A stretch of 63,698 nt of DNA, the filler included, from Octopus bimaculoides (taxonomy: Eukaryota), in assembly GCF_001194135.2 (NCBI RefSeq). It is 7 parts of 7 records of this genome, joined end to end, with 100 filler letters (N's around TTAATTAATTAA, not from the genome) between each part and the next. Parts side by side here need not be neighbours in the genome. Positions count along the whole stretch, not along the records: positions 1 to 18,255 come from NC_068983.1; 6 more parts are not named here. One strand, given 5' to 3'. A model generated the notes under the pieces. It was not told the origin of the DNA, made no database searches, and worked only from the letters and a program-made list of their open reading frames with translations. This document shows, piece by piece, positions 1-14,451 of the stretch (positions within the stretch are counted from its first letter, which is position 1; each line of letters starts with the position of its first letter). The position numbers were made by a program, and so were the translations under genes.

Positions 1-243
1 GCCAGTGCCCCTGGACTGGCTCTTGTGCGGGTGGCACATAAAAGACACCATTTCGAACGTGGCCGTTTTCGTGCAGGTGACACGTAAAAGCACCCACTAC
101 ACTCTCTGAGTGGTTGGCATTAGGAAGGGCATCCAGCTGTAGAAACTGCCAAATTAGATTGGAGCCTGGTGTTGCCATCCGGTTTCACCAGTCCTCAGTC
201 AAATCGTTCAACCCATGCTAGCATGGAAAGCGGACGTTAAACA

Positions 244-300
<57 letters not shown>
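1..300 (+). mobile_element. SINE/LINE-tail family B 3' part with (GAT)n tail
   Basis: aaagcacccactacactc...ggaagggcatccagctgtag...catgctagcatggaaagcggacgttaaa then (GAT)n; homologous to 12570-12857, 15085-15157 and 37676-37920. Confidence 0.8.
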
Positions 301-302
<2 letters not shown>

Positions 303-1964
303 TGGCTCAATAAAGATGATAATGGTAGTGGTGATCATAATTATCATAACATTAGAAAGATTAACCTCTTTCTATATACATTGTAGATACACTGAGTATC
401 AATGTGTGACTACTGATATTGACGCACAGACTTAATAGCCTATCAGCTCTACTGCATATTTCAGCAACAGACCAGTTCACTAAATTAAACCACCATGACT
501 ATCATCAGTAAGTGCCGCATCTAACAGAAGAAGTATGAGCAGCTAATGTATTTTGATATTCTTAGTTCGGTCAATACAACAGCATGACAACTAGCAAGAT
601 ATTACCAGCCTTGCTCACTTATGTGTGTCAGATGGTGGGCTGTACACCTCATTTCCTTTTCCATATTGATTCCTCAACAAGCTTTTCATTATATTCCTCC
701 TTGACATATGAATACTACAAAGTTCTACTCAGAATTGACTTGTTGCAAATCAATGCTTAGTTATAAATGTTTGGCCAAGGAACCACAGCATTTATTAATT
801 TGCTGACTTTCATATCAATTCTGTTAGAAATAGTTCTCATCCAGACAAAACTAATTTAAAATTGAATGATACCAAAAATATTAATTATAAAAGTACACAT
901 GTATAAAATATAGCTTGAAATTTAGAATAAAAAAACTTAATATTGTAATTTTATTAAAACCAAAAAAGAATTTCTATTAACTCAAGGCCAAAGATATGTA
1001 ATGGAGAAATACAACTGAATCATACAATGACTCTGGTGGTAGATAAAGCAAAGTCAACTTGGGATGAATTGAACTCTGTCATAGACCCTGTGTTCTTTCA
1101 TTTCTGCTATTCCACCATCCAATAATGATTTCTGAATTAAGTACATGGTTGTTTTTATTTTAGTTACTTTTACTTATTTTATTATTTGTGATAATGGATC
1201 TAGTTGAGTATACTGACAGACACAAACAATCTTGCCTCTCATTCTCTTAAACCTTAAACTTTATAAAAAACCTTATAATTGTAACAAATCCTTGATTTGG
1301 TTTCACAATCATTGATGATTTTGACAATCCTACGTATTTATAGTAAACACTGCATCCCCCAAACTAGCCTTATTGTTATTATCAGAAAATACTTCAGCTA
1401 TTGGCTGTACTAACCTAAAGTATAGCAATAAAATACTGCCCCTACATCTGGAACAGTTGCTGCTAATAAGATCACATCCAAAAGAAGGCTGTCCATCTAA
1501 CTGCCAAAGTCACATTCAACAACATTAAAACCTCTGTCCCACAAATGTTTTGGTGTCTCCTCACTACACATTCATTTGTGGCATGGTACTTGAAATATGT
1601 TGCATCTATTTGGTTGTCCAGTCATGTTTTCTTTGATTAAAGACGATTTGTATATGCAGAGGAGAAAAATGAGAGGATTTGTATATAATAGCTTCATCCT
1701 GCATCATGTAAATTTTTGACCAAGTGAAGCAATTGTTTTATGCAAGCACACAAGCATGCATACTGACAAAAATGCAGATATATCTTTGTAGGCAAGCAAA
1801 TGCTTCTGCAAATGTGTTTGTGTTGTTGCATGAGAGTGTGAGCTTTTGATATGCCTGGATCAGAGCTATACCAGAAGTGAGGAACCTACAACCTTCTGTG
1901 AAGTTTGAGGGGGGACAATGAATATATTAGAACACATTTTGTTGATTGAAGTCTATCATCATCA

Positions 1965-2207
1965 TTATTATGGTTTAACATCCACTTTTCCATGTTTGCA
2001 TAGATCAGATAGAATTTGTTGAGACACAGCTTCTACACAGCTAGATACGCTTCCAGCCACCACTCTCACCTGGTTTGAAGCAAATTAATATTTCCCCATT
2101 GCCAAACATGTTTTGCATGGAAGACTGGAAACAAATAGCATCACTTGTATGATGGTGATGCTCATTTAAAAATCATCACATGACATTAAGACAAACACAC
2201 AAATCCT

Positions 2208-2263
<56 letters not shown>

Positions 2264-2430
2264 GTGTGCACAACAGGCTTCTTTCAATTTCTATTTACCA
2301 AATTCACTCATAAGGCTTTAGTCAGCCTGAGTCTATAGCAAAAAACATTTGCCCATAGTGTCACAGTGGAACTGAACCCAAGACCACACAGTTGGTAAGC
2401 AAGCTTCTTAATCACACAGCCAGGCCTGCA
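1965..2430 (-). mobile_element. Decayed SINE fragments (family B tail, (CA)n, family A head)
   Basis: Reverse complement matches the family B tail and the family A central block (ggcaagtgtcttct...aaagccttgtgagtggatttgg), with divergence. Confidence 0.6.
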
Positions 2431-3099
2431 AATATCTTCTTAATAAATTGTAAGTTTTAGAAACATCCATTTATATACTTATATTTAATGTTAAATGAAG
2501 CCACACACAGAGAGTTTTATCACCATGTGACTCTCCACGGAGATGAACATGGAGACATGTTTAAGCATGCTTTACCATAAGAAGTTGTGTTTAAAAATTT
2601 AGGATATCAGTTAAAATTTGTTTCCTTGATTGTATATAATTTAAACCAAGCTATATTCCCATTTGTATGTTTGCTTGCATCTATTTATATATTTTCTCAT
2701 ATGTCTGAAAATGAAAAGGAACTTCTGGAACAGGATTTTTAATAATGATTGAGCTTTTTGATATTACCTGACCTCTTTTTTTTTATTAACAAAAGGGTTT
2801 GGTAGTATAAAATATTTTAAACATGGCTTTCCACTATAAAACAATTCCTTTGGATTAAACACATTTTGAGATATTGTGGACTGTAACTGAAATGTCTATT
2901 TAGTCATGAGGGTTATGCTGCATACTCTGCAATTGCTATATGGATTAATGCACATCACATTTAATTAGTCTTGTAGTTTTAATACTGTAATAAACAGCAC
3001 TAATTAATACACATCACAGCCATGAGAACTGTGTCTTTACACACTTAAACTGTCTTTTGGTTTTAATTGGGTTTTGTTTGAAAAAACTTTCCTAGGATC

Positions 3100-3180
<81 letters not shown>

Positions 3181-5278
3181 GTAATGAGTCTGTAAAATAT
3201 TGTTTGAGAGAAATTCTTTTTAAGAGTTGTCTTTTTATAGTTTTTAGAATCAGTATTTTGGAAAGTATCTGACAGGTATAATTAATAATATCTTGAGTGG
3301 CCCAATTCTCTGAAGCTTTTAGATCTAAATAGGATATATTGTTATAACACATGAATTCTTATTTTACACACACAACATGTAAAATAATGAGCTAGATTAT
3401 TATAAGGAAGATGTGAACGCCATAGTACAGTCAGACCAAGCTATTGATTTGGGTTATTCTGGAGTTTGTTTGAATAGGTTCACTTGCTCTAGCAAGGTTC
3501 TTCAAGAGTTTGTTTAATCATCTGTGGTTCAATAAATGCCAACTGAAAGGAGTAATGAGGAAATTGGGTTAAATTCCAGAAGGTAACCACCTGAAATAGC
3601 TAGCATATATTTATTATGGGAGACCTTTATGCAACCTGAATAACCTGTCTAATCCATAACAGCAGAGAACAATAGTAAGAGTTTGTTGATACCAATAAAT
3701 ACAAATACAAATGAAGGACCAATATATTATCTTATATAGGATTATTCTCAAACAATAATGTTTTCTATTTAGTTTCAAAATATTGACTATTAACTTTTAA
3801 GAGAAAAACAGGCTTTGTTTTTGTAAAGGATGGGTTACATAGTTAATAACTCAGCTTCAGTATATTATTGATATTTGTTCTATTGACCTATAGAGACAAA
3901 TACAATCCTGAGAGCTTTTTTAATTAACAAAAATAGATAATCTGAAAAGTACAAAAACTTGGGACGACTGAAAGACTAATTATAAAGAAATAGTTTTAAC
4001 ATTACAATGTAGCTCTTCCTTAGTCTTAATATGAAGAGGACTAAGTAAAATGATTTGTTTACATACAAAATATAATTCACAAAATTAAATACGTGGAAGA
4101 GGAGATATAACACTAATCAATACCTACTTCAAAATATGTAATGATAAACATTTTCTCCTTAAAATGTAATTACCAGAAGAAAAAAACTCTTTCTATAACA
4201 TAAACCAGCAAGGAGACAAGTGATACCAGATAGTGGCAAAAGCTGCAATATGATTTAGATTTAGTTGACTTATATTTACCAATAAATAACTAAATTCAAA
4301 TGGAAATGCCATAGATAATAGACAGACTCTCTATAACCAACTTTAGATCCATTACAAACAGTTTATCTACCCTCCTTCTCTAAGCATTAAGCTGTCAGAG
4401 AAAAGTACCCATAAATTGTTGATTCACCAAAAGAAACAATATTTTTGTACGCAAATGAACTTTCTCAGGACTATTACAGCCTCAGTTAAATAAAGGCATA
4501 TCACTTTAATCCAGAGATAAAAATACAGAAACAAAAAGGATACGCTTTAAATTATCAAAAAGACCAATTTAAGACTAGAGTTCTATTAATTTAAAAGGGT
4601 TTCTAATGAACTTTAGTTCCTTCACTGCTTTCCAACTGAATTCTTCCTTGGATTATAAACCTACTTGGAAGTAAAATTGTATACATTTTTAAAAATTAGG
4701 CTAAAATGTTTTAAGTTCTGAAAATAAATATTTCTATCAACTAAATTTATAAAAGGAGAAAATCATCATCATCATGATCGCTTAACATCCACCTTCCATG
4801 CATGGATGGGTACGACAGATGACAAGAGCTGGCCAGGTAGAAAAACTACACTAGGCTACTTCGTTTATATCTTTATATAATCCATGGCATAAGTTCTTTT
4901 TTTTTCATTAAAGAGATCAAGTAGAATCAATTCCAAGAGGATCTTAATTCAGATTTGTAATGTATTTTATTGTCTTATCATAAAGGACTTGATTTTCTAT
5001 GGCCCCCATCTACCTTATTATTACTCAACTACAATAGAAATAAGCATTTCCAAGTATAGATACACTTATTATCATACAGAAATAATAATCTAAATGGTTT
5101 AACTAAGAGGGGGAAATATGCATAAACAGTCTAGAAAAATATTTAAATAACATTTACTTTTTCATTAATGTTGATTAAAAAAGCTGACAAATTAGTTATG
5201 CTACAAACTGCTCTGTATGGCCTTTTGAGGGCAACATGAAGACAATTACAGGTTACCTCAGATCTGTCATTACATCTA

Positions 5279-5316
<38 letters not shown>

Positions 5317-5683
5317 GCGTGCACACACATGCATGTGTGTGTGTGTGCATGCACACACATGCATGTGTGTGTGTGTGTGCAAGTGCGTGTGTAAAATTGT
5401 CTGGTCATCTTTTGTGAAAATCTGATTTTAAAAAATTACCAGTGTCAATAACACATAAGATACTGGACATTTGATCAATAAAAAATTAACCAAATTTCTA
5501 ATTTCTCATATTGTTATCTACTCAAGATTTTAAAATCTATATTGATTGTGATTCAAGAAAACATGTTGAACTTGAAAAGTCTTTTAATCCTCTAATTTTA
5601 AAGTTTTTTTCAGTATTTACAAATTCAGGGAAGTAACTAAGTCAAAATTCTTTACCTGGCACATAAGTAAACACTTAATTAAT

Positions 5684-7122
5684 TACCGTAAAAACCTAAG
5701 TAATTTGTGTAATTTACGCAGGTGATTTTCAGGATAAAAATTATTAAAAAAAGCTTCTACTCATGTAAAATTCGCTCCCAAAAGTTTTCAGAATTGCTGA
5801 TATGGCCAGGGGGAAATGGTTTTCAGTTTAGTTGTATTTAGCATAATTTCACTTACTTATGATTAAATTTTATTAAATTTTCATGAAATAAAAATAATTT
5901 CAGTTTAACAGATATCACATTGAAAGCTATTAAATTATGAAGTGTTTGTGTTTATGATAAACTTTATTTTACATTTCTTGTCCACAAGAGATTATGTCCG
6001 ATCTTTAGCATTCTTCTGTATGTCTTCTCAAATCACAATCATAGGAAAAGTTGTTGATAATTCTTATCAACAAAGCTGATAAATATGCACAAGTGTTGCA
6101 AAATAAGTTTAATTATCAATAAACATTAGAATTCTAATTGGTCGAAAGTGTCTTGTCTCAAGTTTTGATTTTCTGCCTATTCTTGTCGGAATCTTTGATA
6201 GAGAGTATCAAAATTTTAATCCTTTCACACTTATAAAATGTCAGGCAAACTTTAAAATTTGTCATTACTGTTTTAGCCAGGAGACCAAACTGATAGTCTG
6301 CTAACCTGCTAAAACAAACATCAAAAATCAAAACGAGAAAATTAACAGCTTTGCAAGTTTAACTCAATGTTTACTGAACAAGAGGGGTACAAAATTTAAG
6401 AAGCGACTTGTTAGAATATACATGTCTGTGAGGAGACATCAACAAGAATAGCAAAAATTTACTATAATAAAAGAACTGGTAATACATACATTACAAGTGT
6501 TCTATGAAGAGAACATAAGATTGCTGCATAATTCAACATGAATGTGAAATGACATTAAACACCATATAAGGTAAATGAAGGTTTCTGTAGGAATGCTAAG
6601 TCATATTCACTTAGTGAATTTACATGTACAAGGATGAATTATGATGATGTCGTCGGCATTAGATGCAATAAGAGCTGGTGGTGGCAATGTCAGCGGTGAT
6701 GAATTTCACTGCCCTAATGTCAAGAAAGCGAGCAATAGCTTCCTGGAGGCAAACGCAAACTAGTCTTCTTAAGCAGAGAAAAACTGATCTATTTAAGGAA
6801 GCAATGTAAAATATGGCCTGGACTGTGATTACCAGCATGAACATCAAACTTCGAACAGTAGTTAACCATTTAATGGTTTTAGTAAATTTATACAGAAAAA
6901 GTAAGCATTATACCATCCAGCATAAATAAAAGTCAACTTCATTATATCTTTTCAGTAAAAACCTATTCTTCCGGTATGAATGTTTAAATTTGTAGTTCAT
7001 TTTGTGACAAAAAAATTTCTGAAAAAAATTCTGAAAATGATCTACTCATGTAATTTACACAGCCCTAAAGTTTATTTTTGTTTTTGCGGAAAAAAGTACG
7101 TAAATTACATAGGTTTATGGTA
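5684..7122. mobile_element. Old TA-flanked DNA transposon relic (Tc1/mariner-pogo-like)
   Basis: Left end TA-CCGTAAAAACCTAAGTAATTT; the right end reverse complement reads TA-CCATAAACCTATGTAATTT. Internal direct repeat ctactcatgtaa at about 5757 and 7042. No intact ORF. Confidence 0.5.
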
Positions 7123-7658
7123 CGAAATTCACCTATCAATAAATAAATAGCATAAACAAAGCGTTGAGCAGCAGAAGCACTGTAAAGTTGATATATTTTG
7201 TTAATTACTAGTACTAAGCTTTTATCCCAACTCCATCAACTGCCAGAAAAGGAAGTGTGAATCCAGATTCAGCCCTTCTGCATAGCACCTTGGGCAAGTG
7301 TCTGCTACAATAGCCCAAGTCCAACCAATACCTTGGTGAGTAAATTTGGCAGACACAATTTCTGATGATCTCACATAGTGACTACACATATCTTCAAATT
7401 GCCAAAAATTGTGTCCCCAAAAAATTAGATTTTCTTTTTAAGGTCAGTTGCTGGTTCTTTATAAAGCTTTAGTGTGACCCACATAACATACTTATCTGAT
7501 AGAATACAGTTCACACACGCATACACACAAAACAAAAGCCATCTGGTTTGACTGGAAAAAATTCACTTAACATGCTAACAACTAGCCAACAGACACATTG
7601 CAAAGGTCACAGATAACCCCCTCTTCTCTTCTGACTATCTATCTATCTATATATACAC

Positions 7659-7759
<101 letters not shown>

Positions 7760-9066
7760 AATATATATGAGAGAGAGAGAAAGAGAGATAGATGTATAGC
7801 TAGAACAGAATTATTTTTAATTTTTTATGACAAGACATCACTGTTTTATACTTTGGAAGCATTTGAAGTAACCTGTCTTGACAAGAAAATTAGCTTGTGT
7901 TAAGAGATTTAGACAGGAATAATTCTATCCAGAGATGAGTAACTAATCTGAGAAAATGCTTATCCCTAAAATTGCTTTCAATTTATTATGAAAAAAACCC
8001 TTTCAGTTGAATGAAGAGAATTTGTGTTGAACTAAAAATAACAGAATTATGAATGAAAGGAATTCAGATGTCAAACAAAATCTCACATAGATAAAATGAA
8101 AATACCATTTTGGAAGTAGCTTTTGTTTTATGGACTGGTAGAGAATCCCATTTTGTTGGATATAGAAACACCAGGAGGAAAACTTTCATTAAGTAATATA
8201 TCTAAGACATGTTAGATTTACAACATCTATTTCTATATAGGTAGACTAGGTCTCTGGTAGTTCCTTTGGTCATGAAGATAGTTGCTTACTGGTCATAATA
8301 AAAACTGGTGACCTTGCAGCTGGAAATCTTACTGCACTACCAAAACTGCAAGCCATTACATAGAATACAGATAGTAATATTTTTAATTTTTTAATAGAAT
8401 TTATCCACAAGAAAGAGAGTAGTACACATGACCTTTTGCAGGGCCACCAAAGTGAAGGGAAAAGAGGAAGAAACTACAAGTCATGGGTTGTCACTAGGAT
8501 GGGAACCTGGTCCAATGTTTGCAAAAGGGCCCCAAATAACCATGAGGTGCTGTCAAACCAGATAATGAATTAAATTTACCACCCAAGAACTGATATAATC
8601 CACCTGACAGAAATTCTGCAGTTTCCACCAAGCCAACAACACTCACAAAGGATTGGGTCCAATCAAAGCTATAGTAGAAGATATTTTCTCAAGGTGCTGT
8701 GCAGGGACATAGAACCTGGAACCACATAACTGCAAAGACAACTTGCTAAACCCAAAGCCATGTCTGAAAAAACATTACTTTGCTAACATCTAAATGTGTG
8801 TGTGTTTGTTTGTTCAAAGGCAATATTGACATTTAAGGACAATACTGACCCTCAAAGAATTATCAAATGAAAATAAGCAAAATGATTTCATACTGTTTAT
8901 TATTATTATTGCTATAATTATTATATGGTTAGATAGTACAAACAAATACTCAGCAAAATGGATACTGAAAAATTGTTAAAAGATGGATCTTCAGTAATAA
9001 TTGGTATAAAAAAATACAGCAGAGAACGAGATAAAATTTTACAACGATGAAAAAGAAACTACTCAC

Positions 9067-9263
9067 CATTCCTACAATCTCCGAATAGACAGGTTCGGTA
9101 AGAATTCCTCGTGTAGCGGTAATATAATCCACAAGTTCATTCAAACATGCTCGTTTGATTTCTTTACTCTTTAAATCTGACACAGGGTCCATAAAATCAA
9201 ATACTAAACAACATTGTTGAAGCTTTTTAGTGAACAGTTCCTGCTGTTCTGCGGGTGATGTAT
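9067..9263 (-). CDS. PPP2R5E: Internal coding exon of a PP2A 56-kDa regulatory (B56/B') subunit, epsilon/alpha/widerborst-like
   Basis: Acceptor ttttatcttttatag|AT at 9263, donor ATG|gtgagt at 9067, 197 nt, phase 1 to phase 0. Translates (D)[65 protein letters not shown], the conserved first HEAT-like segment of B56 proteins. The FDFMD (not FDFVSD) spelling points to the epsilon/wdb branch; the subtype is an inference. Confidence 0.93.
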
Positions 9264-9321
9264 CTATAAAAGATAAAAATGAAGATTACTTCAGTTATGA
9301 AAAAAAGATGAAAGAAAATAT

Positions 9322-10470
9322 CATCATCATCGATGTTTAAACATTAACTTTTCCTTGCTTGCATTAGGCTGGTGGAATCTGTTGAGGCATATTTTCTGTA
9401 ACCTCACCTGCTTCCAAGCAAAGCAACATTTTCTCATGGCCTAAATTTGTTTTCATGAAAGACTGGAAGTGAACACCACTTGTATGACTGCGATTCTCAT
9501 TTACAACCTTCAAACACCATCAAGACAAGGAAACATAAATGCATACACCTCTTTCCTTTACAGGCATGGGCTGGACAGTTTGACATGGTCCAATGAGCCA
9601 CAAGGTTATGTCAAGCTCCAGTGTCAGCTTTGGTATGGTTTCTGCAGCTGGATGTCCTTCCTAATACCAACCACTTTACAGTATATACTGGGATGCTTTT
9701 CACATGCCACTGGCATTAGTGAGGTTGCCAAGTAACTTGCAGGACAGAAAAAGAAAAGGGAAAGAGGGAAAACACTCCACAACTAAGTGGAGAGGAGTAT
9801 TTGAGATGGGGAGGTAGTTTAATGCCAGGTATTGAAAGGTTAAAGTATGACAGAGGAATAAGTGCCTTGCTTTGAGGAGATACATGGCTACTCTGGCAGT
9901 AACTAGGAAGAAGATAAAGATGGTCATGATGGGATGCCAGAGTAAACTCTCAAGGTACAAGAAGGGGAACATAAGAAAGGATACAGACAGTGGATCAAGT
10001 GGGGGAAGAGGATGGATAGTTTCCTAAAAATGTTAGGGGAGAGTAAAAAAAAAATGGTTAGAGATGAGTGTAGTGAATGATGAACAAAAAGTAGAGGTGC
10101 AGTTGATGGGAAATATCAATCGGGAGAAGAGGTGCAGTGAGAGGTAGAAGTAACTCAGAAAGGAGTAAGTGCAAGGTGGAGGAGTGACTAGTAATAGGTG
10201 TTTGATGACTTAAATGAAAGCATTGTGAATGATGTGTGAGGTGTTAGGATGGAATATAGCAGAGGAGAGAAATAACTGAAGCCACAGAAAGTTGGTGATT
10301 GATTAAAATAGTGTGGGGAGGGAAAGGGGAATAAGAATAAGGGCTGAGAGGTTCCAGAGAGGAGGAAGGTAACTGGTAGTGCAAAGAAAGAGGGTGAAAG
10401 TTTTTGCTCTCATGTGATTATAGCTGCTGAGTAGTGCCACAGACAGAGGAGTGGTGGAAGGCTGGATGTT
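9322..10470 (-). mobile_element. 3' UTR of an RTE-type LINE with family B tail (antisense copy)
   Basis: (CAT)n, then the family B tail in reverse, then a long purine-rich tract resembling the reverse complement of 11700-12560. Confidence 0.55.
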
Positions 10471-10534
10471 AGAGGGTTACATGCATATTTATTTACACAC
10501 ACACAGATAGACACATCTATATATACACGCAATC

Positions 10535-10695
10535 TTATGACAAGCTTTTTTCAGTTTCCATCAACCAAATTCATTCATAAGGCTTTAGCCCATGTAAAAC
10601 TATAGTAAAAGACACTTGCTCAAGGTGCCATACAGTGGGACTGAACCAGAAACAATGTGGTTGGAAAGCAAACTTCTTAACCAGAAAACTATGTC
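10535..10695 (-). mobile_element. SINE family A head fragment
   Basis: aagacacttgctcaaggtgccatacagtgggactgaacc is the reverse complement of the family A B-box/central block. Confidence 0.7.
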
Positions 10696-11579
10696 CCCAT
10701 CTTATGTTTAAAAAGAAAACAATCAGCTATGGAAAAGAAAAAACTATGGAACAGGCATGATGGTATTATAAAAGTGGTTCATATCAAATTTAGAAATGAT
10801 TTCTCTTGGTCAAAGATAAGATACATTCCTACTATGTATATGTCACATTTAAAGAACAAGAACAAAATTTTGAACAGTAGTCTAAAGACATATTTTGGTC
10901 TACAGTGGTAGCTGTAGAAGAGATCTGAACGATATCTGATAAAATACTGGAGAAGCTAAAATGAAATAAAGAAGAGAGCGAATTCTCTAACAAAATGATT
11001 TGAACTATATAAGTTAAAATTATAAAAAAAAACAAGGTAAATGACTTTACTCAATCAACAATCCTTCTAATGAAACTAATAGCATCTTAGATAGAAAACC
11101 AAGGATCCTCAAGAGTTTTACTAAATATTATGGTCCAATACCCATAGTGATATCTTCATAGAAAATAAGTCATGAAGAACAACCATGACTTGTTTAATAA
11201 TGCACTATTAAACATGTCATGGTTTAACAGTGCATTGTATTTTTGAGATTTAATACTGATTTTCTGCTTATCAAGCCAAACCTCATAATACACTCCACTA
11301 TATTCTGTTGATACACCCACTGACACCTCATTCAGTCTATACATTAAAAAAAATAAATAAATCAGGTCATAATTTTAATTCCTTACATTGACACAAGGTT
11401 GTTGTAAATGCACAGGAAAGGTGAGCTAGTTAAAATAGCTTCCGTAAATGACTAGTTCTTTTGCTTTCAAAAGGACAGAAAGCAATATCAACCTTGTTGG
11501 AATTCAAGCTTAAAATAAGGGAGTGTAATTAAATATATATCATGTTTAATCAGGCATTCTGTTTTTGCTACTCGGACCA

Positions 11580-12857
11580 ATCTCAGGATGTTGGGCCTCA
11601 CAGAGGAAATGATAATGGACCGAGATGTCTGGCAATATGAAGTTCTTGAGAAGACCTGCCCACATCAGCAAAACTGAGTTCTAGAAGCGCTGTGTGTCCC
11701 ACCCACACTTAAGAAAACTTCTTACTCTACCACAACAAACCAAACTACGTCTCAACATCTCTTCCTCACATTTCCACTTTATGCACTATGCTTACCTCCT
11801 ACTCCCCAATCTTGTCCTCTTGGCCCTGTGCCACTGTATCATCGCTCTCTGCTAGCACCCAACCTGTATGTTCCACCTACATGTAACAAGAAAACCCTTC
11901 ACTCACCCTACCCCAACAAACCAATCTACATCTCTTCTCTGCCTCAGATTTCTTCCTTCATACACTATGCCTAGCTCATACTCCCCAATCCTGCCATCAC
12001 AGCCCTGTTCCTCTGTATTATGGCTATCTGGTAGTCCCCCCCCCCCTACTCTATATGTATACCCAGGCTTTTGCCACTCACTCACCCCCCTCCACACTCT
12101 TTAATCACACTTCTTTCACAAAATCCTGCCACTTATATTATTATGGCATTTGAACCTCAAGGGTATGCCCTGGTACTTGCCACCAACTATATCTCTCTCT
12201 TCCTTTACTCAACCATCCCATTCATATTCTGATCCCCATCTCTTGTGAGTATGCCCAGCATTTTGCTACCATTTCTACCCTGCTGTCTCCCGCTCTCCCT
12301 CCTTTTCTTCCCTCAGGTTGGGTAACCATGGATTTCCATTGCGGTAGCACACCTGCTTCTGTTTACATTCCTGATCTCAATCTCTCTCTCTCTCTCTCTT
12401 CTCTTTCCAGCCAGGTAACCTTGTACCCTCCTCTACAGCAAAACACCTGTTTCTGTCTCAGTATAACCTTTCATCATCTGACACATGATCACCTCCTCCA
12501 ATTCCCCCTCCCCCCTTGAAAGGTTTGTTTTTTTTTGTCTTACAAGTACTTGGTGGCCCTCTCAGTGCAGGTACCACTTAAAAGCACCCAGTCCACACTG
12601 TATAGTGGTTAGTGTTTGGAAGGGCATCCAGCTGTAAAAACTTTGCCAAAACTTACCTTGCCTGTGCTTGTGCTACCTAAAAAGCACTCAGTCCACTCTG
12701 CTGGGTGGGTGGTTGGTGTTAGGAAGGGTATCCAGCTGTAAAACTCCTGCCAAAACAGTCAGAGAAGTCTGATGCAGGCTTCTGCCTGGCTGGCTCTTGT
12801 GAAACCATCCCACCCATGCTAGCATGGAAGACAGACATTAAATGATGATGATGATAT
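11580..12857 (+). mobile_element. RTE-type LINE 3' end: ORF terminus, long pyrimidine-rich 3' UTR, family B tail, (GAT)n
   Basis: Begins with an LGLTEEMIMDRDVWQY-like terminus (DRxxW, typical of RTE C-termini; a related copy is at 37388-37475) and runs into the family B tail ending gacattaaatgatgatgatgat. Confidence 0.6.
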
Positions 12858-13183
12858 TACTGAGCAACTTCAAAAAACTTAGCTTAAACAGGTCTATTGC
12901 ACTAACTTTAGCAATAAAACAGTTGGGTGCAAGCCATAGATCCAGCACAAAGGGGAAAATCATTGCAGGACTTGAAGAGCAATGGAGCTGAGATTTTTCA
13001 ATAACAGAGAGTGACTAGTAAACATATGCTTTACAAATGCAAATTATAAGTGGAACAATACAAATAGGTGTTACATTCAACCACATTTAACAATGTAAAT
13101 CATTGTTATCTAAATTTCAGCAACTGAGATTTGTATTTGTTATATACACACACATAATAAACAAACATATTTAAGCACACATT

Positions 13184-13400
13184 CAGAAACGTTAGCACGC
13201 CGGGCGAAATGCTTAGCGGTATTTCGTCTGCCGCTACGTTCTAAGTTCAAATTCTGCCGAAGTCGACTTTGCTTTTCATCCTTTCGGGGTCGATTAAATA
13301 AGTACCAGTTACGCACTGGGGTCGGTATAATCGACTTAATCCGTTTATCTGTCCTTGTTTGTCCCCTCTGTGTGTAGCCCTTTGTGGGTAGTAAAGAAAT
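13184..13400 (+). mobile_element. tRNA-derived SINE family C
   Basis: cagaaacgttagcacgccgggcgaaatgc...aagttcaaattctgccga (B-box-like), tail gtcccctctgtgtgtagccctttgtgggtagtaaagaaa; homologous to 55891-56105 and 57008-57237. Confidence 0.85.
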
Positions 13401-14451
13401 TACACATTCAATAAATATGTACACACATCAATATGAATGTTCATAATAGTAAGGTTTTCATAAACTGAAATACTATGTTTCGGGAAGTAGAGATATGTTT
13501 GTTTTTTAATGACTAGCTTACAGAATTATAATTCTGTTTCAACCTTTTAGTCAGCTATGCAAACATAGAAACATTTACACATAAACACACGTATCCCAGT
13601 TTTTAAAATCGATGTACTGTAACCCTGCATGTTGTAAATGATGAATGAAAGAGTTGGTGTCAAGAGAGAAATCAGGCTGTCTTGAAAGCTCTCATCTAAC
13701 TGATATCAGCATGGAAAGAACAGAGGTAAAAATATTAAAAGGAGGGGGGGTGAACAAAAAGTGACCTTTCTGACAACCAAATAATATGCCTCAATGCATT
13801 TGCAACACCAGTACGGATACCCACATTTGGGATATTTCTTCGATTTATACTGGGCACTTCCACAAAAAACAGTATTATTGACAGGCCCTATCTCAGAACA
13901 AGAAGAGAAAGTATAGCTTTTGAGTGTCATTTGCTATCACTCAACATCTGCTAAATGACAGCAGCAAAAAGAAATACATTTCAGAGCTCAAAAGTGAAGT
14001 GAACAAGATCCTAAGAACGTCTTAAGGAAGTACTCATTGACCAGTGATGTTTGTTAAAAAGGGAGGTAATTTGTTCCAGCTATGTTTGGAGTCAACAGTT
14101 ACAGAAATGAGATGTGTATAGGAGTTAATATTTAAAAAGCCAGGAATGGGTTTAGATATATAAAACTGAAAAGGGATTAGCATTTGGAAAAAAAATGCTA
14201 GAAGTTGTTAATGTAATTTTTAGACTGCTTAATCAATCATACAAGTTAATATAAAGAGGGTATTATCTAAGTCCTAAAACACCTTAGATTCAGTTACAAT
14301 GTACATAGACTAGATTGGATTTCACTTAAACAGTTGTCTGGTACAAAAGAATGCACAAAATATAAGAGTGGAAACACACAAAGCTAATGTAAAAGGTGAA
14401 GGAACTTAAAGATGTTGACTTTTATGGACTTCAAAAGTAATTGCTAACTTA

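Noticed and set aside
6659-6847. 62-aa ORF with an apparent acceptor as a possible next B56 exon
   Set aside because: No similarity to the expected xSxNIFRTLPP...WPHLQ exon; it lies inside a TIR element relic. The true next exon was not seen in 1-9066.
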